IMG/VR virus record: IMGVR_UViG_3300036760_000988
Reading direction: 5' to 3' (one strand)
From: an uncultured virus (IMG/VR IMGVR_UViG_3300036760_000988)
Taxonomy: Duplodnaviria > Heunggongvirae > Uroviricota > Caudoviricetes
Length of the DNA stretch: 20,000 nt
Part shown: positions 14,042 to 20,000 of the stretch, in pieces
Layout of the letters: each line of letters opens with the position of its first letter
Position numbering within the stretch: position 1 is the first letter of the stretch
Notes under the pieces: generated by a model
What the model was told of the DNA's origin: nothing
Databases searched by the model: none
What the model saw: the letters and a program-made list of their open reading frames with translations, nothing else
Position numbers and translations under genes: made by a program

Positions 14042-14500
14042 ATGACCCGGACCATTACCCGCCGCGTACCCGACCCTACCGCCCTCGCCGCGCTCCTCGC
14101 GGCGTGCCGCGCCGTGGGGTTGTCCGACGCGGACACCGCGACGGAGCTAGAGCTAGCCCGGTCCGGCACGGCGTCTGACGTGGCGCACCGTGCCGCGCTC
14201 CTCGCGGGGCGCGCGGACCTAGCCGACCGTCCCGAAGTGCCCGCCCCCGTACCCGACGGCGCGGGCGTGTTGCGGCGCGGGCAGTGGCGCGGCGTCCCGT
14301 GCGCCACGGGGGTTGACGTGGGGCGGCTTTCCGCCCGGATCCCCGGGCCGGCGGACGGTCGCCCCCGGGACGCGCTCCGGGTAATTCACACGGCGGCCCG
14401 GGACGCCGCCCGGGACGCGCACCGTGCGGACCGGGGGAAACGTGCCAAGCCCCGGGGGCGGGGGCGCTGGCATCCGGGCGGAGGTTACTCGGCCGAGTAG
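14042..14500 (+). CDS. 152-aa hypothetical protein, possible HTH-like N-terminal segment
   Basis: ATG at 14042 after two hairpins. GLSDADTATELELARSG resembles an HTH turn. A terminator follows; there is no clear SD. Confidence 0.5.
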   Translation: MTRTITRRVPDPTALAALLAACRAVGLSDADTATELELARSGTASDVAHRAALLAGRADLADRPEVPAPVPDGAGVLRRGQWRGVPCATGVDVGRLSARIPGPADGRPRDALRVIHTAARDAARDAHRADRGKRAKPRGRGRWHPGGGYSAE

Positions 14501-14525
14501 CCCCCCGGGGGCGTGACTCGGCACT

Positions 14526-14564
14526 AGCCCCCACGGGCCTCCGTGGGGGCTGTTTCCCGTTTTC
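14526..14564 (+). terminator. Intrinsic terminator
   Basis: Perfect 11-bp stem agcccccacgg/ccgtgggggct with a 4-nt loop, followed by gtttcccgttttc. Confidence 0.7.
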
Positions 14565-14566
14565 GG

Positions 14567-14599
14567 GCTTGCGGACCGCAAGCGCTTGATGTACATCAA
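14567..14599 (+). promoter_or_regulatory. Putative promoter of the AAA operon overlapped by two perfect palindromes
   Basis: TTGCGG (14569-74), 17 nt, TACATC (14592-97). The palindromes are gcttgcgg-a-ccgcaagc (14567-14583) and ttgatgtacatcaa (14586-14599). Confidence 0.55.
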
Positions 14600-14615
14600 T
14601 CCACGGAGGACGATC

Positions 14616-14762
14616 ATGCTGTTGAGTCTGGTTCACCCGGGGCACGCCGCCCCGTCGCTGGCCTTCCCCCACGTTGGGGGCTGGCTGATCTTGGGGGCGG
14701 CGCTCGCCCTCGTCGGGTGCGCGGCCCTCCGCGCGTGGAGGACACGTCATGGAAACCCGTAG
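14616..14762 (+). CDS. 48-aa small membrane protein (not in the ORF track)
   Basis: GGAGG SD at 14605-14609. MLLSLVHPGHAAPSLAFPHVGGWLILGAALALVGCAALRAWRTRHGNP. It overlaps the ATPase start by 14 nt. Confidence 0.6.
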   Translation: MLLSLVHPGHAAPSLAFPHVGGWLILGAALALVGCAALRAWRTRHGNP

Positions 14763-16299
14763 CAGCAAGGTCAACGCGGACATCACCGCGCTCCTCAAGG
14801 CCCGCAACACGCTGCTCTGGATCACTTCGCGCGAGGAGATCCGCGTGGAGCGCGCCCTGGTCGCCGCCTGCGGCGATGCGTCGTACAAGGTCCGCTTCTG
14901 GGACTGCGCGACCGGCATCACCGATGACCAGGGCACGCCCGTGGAGATGAGCGCGCAGGATCCGAACGCGTGTCTGACGTTCATCCGGGAGCGCCGGGTG
15001 CGCTGCGTGTACGTCCTGCGCGATCTGCACAAGTGGTTCGATCCCGTGGTCCTGCGCGCCGTGCGCTCGCTCGCGCGGGAGCTGCAAGTCGCGCCGCCCG
15101 ACGAGGCACGGGCGCTCGTCCTCCTCACGCCCTCGGGCGAGGTGCCCCCGGAGCTGTCGGGGGCGACCGTGATCGACTACCCGCTCCCCGATCGGGCCGA
15201 AGTCGCGGCGCTCCTCGACGACGTGATCGCCGCGCTCCCGGAGGCGCGTCGCGCCAACGCCGCACCGAACGGCGTGCGGGAAGCCGCGATTGACGCGGCG
15301 GTCGGCCTCTCCGCCGAGGAGGCCGCGAACTGCTACGCGCTCTCGCTCGTCAAGCTCAAGCGGATCGATCCGGTGCTCATCTCGAACGAGAAACGCCGGG
15401 TGATCGCCCGCGAGAAGGTCTTGACGTGGTATGAGCCCGACCCTCGGGGGCTCGCGGCCATCGGCGGCCTGGATCTGCTCAAGGGTTGGCTCACCGCGCG
15501 CCGGTCGGCCTTCGGCGCGAAGGCCCGCGCCTTCGGGTTGCCCTGGCCCAAGGGCATGCTGCTGCTCGGCCCCCCGGGGACGGGCAAGAGCTTGACCGCG
15601 AAGTGCGTCGCCGCCGCGTGGGGGATGCCGCTGCTCAGGTTGGACATGGGCGCGCTGAAGTCCAAGTACGTCGGCGAGTCGGAGGGGAACATCAGGAAGG
15701 CGCTGCAAGTCGCAGAAGCGGTCGCGCCGTGCATCCTGTGGCTGGACGAGATCGAGAAGGCGCTCGCCGGGTCGACCGGCGCGCAGGGCGATGGCGGCGT
15801 GTCCGCGGACGCGCTCGGCGCGGTGCTCTCGTGGATGCAGGAGCGCTCCGGGAGCGTCTTCGTGGTCGCGACGGCGAACGATGTCCGGGCGCTCCCCCCG
15901 GAGCTGCTCCGTAAGGGGCGCTTCGACGAGCTGTTCTTCGTCGACTTGCCGACGACCAGCGAGCGCGTGGAGATCGTCAAGGCCGCGCTGGGCCAGTACG
16001 GGCGCGGCGACGTGGCGATCAACCATGCCGAGGTCGCACGGGTCACGGTCGGCTTCACCGGAGCCGAGATCGCAGCGCTCGTGCCCGACGCGCTGCACGT
16101 CGCCTTTGCCGCGGACGCCCGGGAGATCCTCACGAGCGATCTCATGAACGCGGCGGAGACGGTGGTACCGCTCTCGAAGACCGCCGCGGAGCAGATCAAT
16201 TCGCTCCGCGCTTGGGCGAAGGGCCGCACGCGCCCCGCCTCGACCCCTGAAACGAACACCACGGGCACGGTGCGTGCCCTCGACCTGGACGCCAACTAA
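14749..16299 (+). CDS. AAA+ ATPase, Ycf46/SpoVK-like (degenerate N-terminal AAA module plus active C-terminal module)
   Basis: Walker A GPPGTGKS, pore loop KYVGESE, Walker B ILWLDEIEK, sensor-1 ATAN and SRH LPPELLRKGRFD. The N-part has EEIRVE, VLRDLH and IDYPLPD. GGAGG SD. Confidence 0.93.
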   Translation: METRSSKVNADITALLKARNTLLWITSREEIRVERALVAACGDASYKVRFWDCATGITDDQGTPVEMSAQDPNACLTFIRERRVRCVYVLRDLHKWFDPVVLRAVRSLARELQVAPPDEARALVLLTPSGEVPPELSGATVIDYPLPDRAEVAALLDDVIAALPEARRANAAPNGVREAAIDAAVGLSAEEAANCYALSLVKLKRIDPVLISNEKRRVIAREKVLTWYEPDPRGLAAIGGLDLLKGWLTARRSAFGAKARAFGLPWPKGMLLLGPPGTGKSLTAKCVAAAWGMPLLRLDMGALKSKYVGESEGNIRKALQVAEAVAPCILWLDEIEKALAGSTGAQGDGGVSADALGAVLSWMQERSGSVFVVATANDVRALPPELLRKGRFDELFFVDLPTTSERVEIVKAALGQYGRGDVAINHAEVARVTVGFTGAEIAALVPDALHVAFAADAREILTSDLMNAAETVVPLSKTAAEQINSLRAWAKGRTRPASTPETNTTGTVRALDLDAN

Positions 16300-16320
16300 C
16301 CGCAACACGGAGGACGACGA

Positions 16321-17097
16321 ATGGACAACACGAAGGTTGCAAAGATTCGCCCCGGCTACATGATCGCGCTGCACTCGACGGTGCAGGGCGGCGTGAGCTA
16401 TCAACGAGTTGATTTGGCCGCGCCCAAGGAGAACTCGGAGCGCGCCGTCGCCCGCTGGGAGACGACCCGGGTGATCGAGGACCCGATCGAGCACGAGCGG
16501 GCGAACAAGGCCCGCTCGAAGGCGCGCGGCGAAATCACCAAGCTGTGCTGCGCGACGGCTTTTGGCCTCCTCTGCCCGAAGGAGAACGCCACGGAGCTGA
16601 CGGAGGCGGTCGCCCGCGCGCAGGCGATCATTGCGGAGCACAACAGCGGTGCCATCTTCACCCGGATCGGCCTGTACGTGCTGAAGGGGGAGATCGCTAG
16701 CTCGGATGAGGAGGCTACGCGTTCGATCATGGCCGAGCTGGCGTCCCTCGTCGCCGAGATGAACACCGGCATCGATCGGCTGGAGCCCAAGAAGATCCGG
16801 GACGCGGCGGATCGCGCCACCCAGATGATCGCCATGCTCGGCGAGCAGGAGGGCGAGGCCGCGAGCGCGGCGATCGAGGCCGCGCGCCGTGCCGCGCGCC
16901 AGATCGTCAAGCGCGTGGAGAAGGAAGGGGAGGCGGCGGCCATCGTGCTGAAGGACATCCAGCGGGGCGCGCTGGAGAAGGCCCGGATCGCCTTCCTCGA
17001 TTTGAGCGACGCCGCCCCCGCGAGCGCGCCGCTGCCGAGCGCGCAGCTGCAGCGGTTCGCCGATCTCGACACGACGGCGGAGACGACCAAGCAGTAG
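16321..17097 (+). CDS. 258-aa helical hypothetical protein, AAA ATPase partner
   Basis: GGAGG SD, strong GC3 bias and an Ala/Glu-rich helical C-half. It starts 21 nt after the ATPase stop. Confidence 0.85.
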   Translation: MDNTKVAKIRPGYMIALHSTVQGGVSYQRVDLAAPKENSERAVARWETTRVIEDPIEHERANKARSKARGEITKLCCATAFGLLCPKENATELTEAVARAQAIIAEHNSGAIFTRIGLYVLKGEIASSDEEATRSIMAELASLVAEMNTGIDRLEPKKIRDAADRATQMIAMLGEQEGEAASAAIEAARRAARQIVKRVEKEGEAAAIVLKDIQRGALEKARIAFLDLSDAAPASAPLPSAQLQRFADLDTTAETTKQ

Positions 17098-17110
17098 GCC
17101 CGTCGTTACC

Positions 17111-17154
17111 TGCTACCTGCCCCGAGATCGCTCGGGGCAGGAGTGGAGGTAGCA
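17111..17154 (+). promoter_or_regulatory. Intergenic hairpin with an alternative pairing that can mask the downstream SD
   Basis: 11-bp stem cctgccccgag/ctcggggcagg (17116-17141). tgctacct (17111-18) is complementary to aggtagca (17147-54), which overlaps GGAGGT. Confidence 0.55.
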
Positions 17155-17157
17155 ACC

Positions 17158-17496
17158 ATGCCATGTGATTCGATTCGTCAAGCAGGGCAAACGCTCGCCC
17201 AGCGCACCGCGCAGATCGATGTGGCGTTGAAGCGCCTGGAGGCGTCCCTCCTGGGCGGGCGCGTCGCGGTCGGCATCGGACCGAACGGCGCGATCGTGCT
17301 CAAGGGCTGGGCCGACCGCGACGACATCACGGACGTGTGCGCGATCCGCACGCTCACGGCGGCGAACTCCTGGGCGCTCCGGCAGGCCATCGCCCGCGCC
17401 GAGGCGACGACGGGCAAGAAGGTCAACATGCAGGCGGTCGCCGCGGGGGTTCATTCTCACGATGGTGGCCGCTCATGGTATCCTGGTCACAAATGA
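17158..17496 (+). CDS. 112-aa hypothetical protein of the AAA operon
   Basis: ATG at 17158 with a GGAGGT SD. MPCDS...GVHSHDGGRSWYPGHK. Confidence 0.8.
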   Translation: MPCDSIRQAGQTLAQRTAQIDVALKRLEASLLGGRVAVGIGPNGAIVLKGWADRDDITDVCAIRTLTAANSWALRQAIARAEATTGKKVNMQAVAAGVHSHDGGRSWYPGHK

Positions 17497-18080
17497 AACG
17501 ACTGCCTCTTACCAACAGGCGATTTGGTAGCTGGACCGTGCTTCAACCAACACGATGCCGTAGCGGCGGCCTATATTGGAAATGTCGGTGTGTCTGCGGA
17601 ACCGTTCGTGAGGTCCGTGGAGATCGACTCTCGCATGGCCTGTCCCAGTCCTGTGGCTGCGCCAAGCTAACACAGAAAGGATTGAGCAAGAGCAGACGAA
17701 CTGAATTTGATATTTGGCGTCACATGATCGCGCGTTGTCGTCCGAACGGACTAGCGAGATATGGCGTCCGTGGCATCCGTGTCTGTAAACGCTGGAGGAT
17801 CTTCTCGACGTTCCTTGCCGATATGGGACGTAAACCGAAAGGTAAAAGTTTAGATCGTAAAAATAATAACGGAGATTACAACCCGAACAACTGCCGATGG
17901 GTTACTCAACGCGAGCAAATGAACAATCGAGGCAATAATCATCGATTGAAGTTTCGAGGAGAGACTTTGACCATCGCTGAGTGGGCGCGATGTTTGAAAA
18001 TTAGCTGGTGGACACTCGCTTCGCGCCTCCGGTACGGATGGTCAATAGCTCGAACGCTCACTGAGCCTGTCAGACACTGA
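17493..18080 (+). CDS. Phage-type HNH homing endonuclease, 195 aa
   Basis: ATGA overlap at 17493-6. Motifs RFGSWTV, WKCRCVCG, SCGC, WRHMIARC, YGVRGIRVCKRW and DMGRKPKGKSLDRKNNNGDYNPNNCRWVT..Q.NN, plus a C-terminal helix-turn-helix-like TIAEWA..L. The gene is visibly more AT-rich than its flanks. Confidence 0.92.
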   Translation: MKRLPLTNRRFGSWTVLQPTRCRSGGLYWKCRCVCGTVREVRGDRLSHGLSQSCGCAKLTQKGLSKSRRTEFDIWRHMIARCRPNGLARYGVRGIRVCKRWRIFSTFLADMGRKPKGKSLDRKNNNGDYNPNNCRWVTQREQMNNRGNNHRLKFRGETLTIAEWARCLKISWWTLASRLRYGWSIARTLTEPVRH

Positions 18081-18119
18081 ACAACGCGCCCGGTGGTCGG
18101 GCGCAAAGAGAGGACGACA

Positions 18120-18404
18120 ATGGCAAAGACGAAGACGAAGACGAAGCCGCAACCGGATCCGAAGGTCGTCGCGAAGGCGATTCACGCCGGCACGGAGACC
18201 GACAACTCCTGGGAGGAGGGCGGCGCATTCGCCGCGGAGCTTGCGGCTGAGCTGTCCAAGCTCGGCTGGAAGCGCGCAACGAGCTACTCGGAGTGCTCGA
18301 AGGCGAGCTATGAGAAGCACCTCCAGCACGGCACACGGCGAATCGAGATCATCTCGTCGTCGTTCCTGGGGGTGTTCACACAGATCACCCTGACGGAGGC
18401 GTAG
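18120..18404 (+). CDS. 94-aa hypothetical protein
   Basis: GAGG SD and start MAKTKTKTKP, where the TK repeat comes from a gacgaa hexamer repeat. Confidence 0.7.
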   Translation: MAKTKTKTKPQPDPKVVAKAIHAGTETDNSWEEGGAFAAELAAELSKLGWKRATSYSECSKASYEKHLQHGTRRIEIISSSFLGVFTQITLTEA

Positions 18405-18406
18405 TC

Positions 18407-18607
18407 ATGAACAAGCACAACGATCCGAAGGTGATCGCCCGTGCACGGAGGGGGCTGAAAATAGAGGTGCAACTCTCCAGCAATAGGCTGGCGCTTTTCT
18501 TGGCGCTCGATGAGGAGGTCTTCCCCTTCACTCAAGGGGAAGCTAGACGGCTCGCGCGGCGATTGATCGACATGGCGAATACCATGGAGAACGAGGTGAC
18601 GCCGTGA
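18407..18607 (+). CDS. 66-aa hypothetical protein
   Basis: GGAGG SD, start 2 nt after the upstream stop, and GTGA overlap with the next gene. Confidence 0.65.
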   Translation: MNKHNDPKVIARARRGLKIEVQLSSNRLALFLALDEEVFPFTQGEARRLARRLIDMANTMENEVTP

Positions 18608-19074
18608 TCGTCCCCCACGATATGGCGTATTTCATGACGGTGCTCGCCAAGGCCCACGAGCTGCACAAGCTCGACGGCGATGCGGGGCTCATCACCCAGC
18701 TCATGTACCTCGACTCCTACTCGGAGTACACCAACCGGGAGAGGGGGGAGCGCGATTACGGGCGCACCCGCTGCACGCTCTACAAGGATCTCGCGCCGCT
18801 CTCGTTCTACTTCAAGATGGCGCGGCGGCTCGACCCGGAAAAGCGCCGCTGCCACTACAAGGACTGCAAGGAGGGGCATCAGCTCGCGGGAGTCAGCGAG
18901 CCTACGACGTGCGCCACCTGTTGTAAGGATCTGGGGGTGGCGTGCGACGAGTACACGCCCTGGTTCGACGGCGGACTCATCTTCCACGGCGCGATCGACG
19001 GCTACGGCTCCGGGGCCGCGCCCACCTTCTCGGTTACGCTGTCCCCGACGGACGGCTGGAACGTGCATACGTGA
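18604..19074 (+). CDS. DUF4120-like protein with a Cys-rich insertion
   Basis: LYKDLAPLSFYF, GGLIFHG and terminal FSVTL....GWNVHT match my recollection of DUF4120. Insert is CHYKDC...H...CATCC. GAGGT SD. Confidence 0.7.
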   Translation: MIVPHDMAYFMTVLAKAHELHKLDGDAGLITQLMYLDSYSEYTNRERGERDYGRTRCTLYKDLAPLSFYFKMARRLDPEKRRCHYKDCKEGHQLAGVSEPTTCATCCKDLGVACDEYTPWFDGGLIFHGAIDGYGSGAAPTFSVTLSPTDGWNVHT

Positions 19075-19265
19075 GCGGCAAGCGCGTCTTCAGGCCCACG
19101 AAGCACAACGACGTGGCAACGATCTTGGAGTACTTCGTCGAGCGCCAAGCCTGGAACAACGAGTCGCTCGTCGAACATCTCTCGCAGTACATCGAGCGCC
19201 AACGCGACAACGGAGCGCTGCTCGACTTCCTGTGCGCGCAAGCCAACGAGGAGAATCAGTCATGA
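19071..19265 (+). CDS. 64-aa hypothetical protein
   Basis: GTGA overlap at the start and ATGA overlap at the end. MSGKRVFRPTKHNDVATILEYF... Confidence 0.65.
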   Translation: MSGKRVFRPTKHNDVATILEYFVERQAWNNESLVEHLSQYIERQRDNGALLDFLCAQANEENQS

Positions 19266-19510
19266 AAAAGACCGTCACGGCCGCAATTCGCATCAAGGCC
19301 GTGCGCTACGGGCGCACCATCAACCTCGGCAACTTCCAGTCGTCGCGCGTCGACCTGGAGGCCGACGTGCCCCATGGCCGCACTTGGCAGGAGGTGCTCG
19401 CCCACCTGCAGGCGCAGCTCTGCGTCGTGGAGTGTGAGGAGCGCACGGGCAAGCGCGTGACGGCGAAGCCGTCGATGGATTACGATCCGTCGGATTGCGG
19501 ACCTTTCTAG
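19262..19510 (+). CDS. 82-aa phage-type hypothetical protein
   Basis: GAGGAG SD. VRYGRTINLGNFQSSRVDLEA resembles a motif I recall from small phage proteins. Confidence 0.75.
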   Translation: MKKTVTAAIRIKAVRYGRTINLGNFQSSRVDLEADVPHGRTWQEVLAHLQAQLCVVECEERTGKRVTAKPSMDYDPSDCGPF

Positions 19511-19624
19511 GAGAAAGTAGTCAGCCGACCACCGACTGGCTGCTTAGGACTTGCGCGCCGCAATCCGCCGTCGTCCCGGGGACCGGCGCGCAAGCCCGTT
19601 GGAGCCCATCGTATAGGAGAGCAC

Positions 19625-19957
19625 ATGACGATCATCATCCGCACACCACAGTTTGAACGACCCCCCGGCGACCCCGCCCCCGCAGGTCCGCCCGAAGATT
19701 GGGACGCGCTCAGCCGCATGAGCATTATCGCGCTCAAGGAGCTGGGTTGTAGGGTTTGGAACGACCCCCGCGAGGCGGACGATGAGTTCGACGGCGGGAC
19801 CCTGCTGCTCTTTCCGGGAGAGTGGTACCCACGCATCCCGGCGGACTTCCCGATCGTCACCATCAACGGGTGCGCCGAACGGTTCGTACCCGGCGTGACC
19901 GACGATGACATTCGGTTCGGCTGTTTGGCGTACGGCATTCTTGTACGAGGAGCATGA
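19625..19957 (+). CDS. 110-aa hypothetical protein
   Basis: AGGAG SD. Contains LLLFPGEWYPRIP and TDDDIRFGCLAYGI. Confidence 0.75.
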   Translation: MTIIIRTPQFERPPGDPAPAGPPEDWDALSRMSIIALKELGCRVWNDPREADDEFDGGTLLLFPGEWYPRIPADFPIVTINGCAERFVPGVTDDDIRFGCLAYGILVRGA

Positions 19958-20000
19958 CCATGGACATCACAGAACGAGACAGGATCAAGATCGCAGCAAA
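19954..20000 (+). CDS. Start of a further gene, truncated by the window
   Basis: ATG at 19954 (ATGA overlap) or at 19960 (GAGGAG SD). The frame is open to the end: MTMDITERDRIKIAA. Confidence 0.5.
   Translation, partial: MTMDITERDRIKIAA

Noticed and set aside
14749..16299. AAA ATPase as the genome-packaging motor
   Set aside because: Its motifs are classical-clade AAA+ (pore loop, SRH), not FtsK/HerA or terminase, and it lies outside the structural arm.
14614..16641. 675-aa minus-strand ORF
   Set aside because: It is the antisense shadow of the AAA ATPase gene.

Overview
A GC-rich, gene-dense window that looks like part of a bacterial virus or prophage-like element, with two divergent arms separated by a ~950 bp non-coding control region (12646-13600). 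The left arm (minus strand, ~12645 to 623) appears to be a virion-morphogenesis operon of a tailless, probably membrane-containing virus. It has a 191-aa beta-rich capsid candidate, a 505-aa Arg/Lys-rich protamine-like protein fused to hydrophobic helices, and about ten tightly coupled proteins that start M-S/G/T/I-Y and mostly end in a transmembrane helix plus polybasic tail. It also has a peptidoglycan-binding membrane protein, a CX5R dual-specificity phosphatase and a Cys-His-Asp transglutaminase-like enzyme. The right arm (plus strand) is an early/accessory module: a Ycf46-like AAA+ ATPase with partners, a DUF4120-like protein and small phage-type ORFs. Two related free-standing HNH endonuclease genes sit directly behind host-gene 3' ends with anomalous codon usage. 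One (494 to <1, absent from the ORF track) has its Shine-Dalgarno and start codon locked in a perfect 16-bp hairpin. No terminase, portal, tail, packaging ATPase, integrase, polymerase, tRNA, rRNA or CRISPR array is recognisable. All family assignments are motif recognition by eye, not database results.
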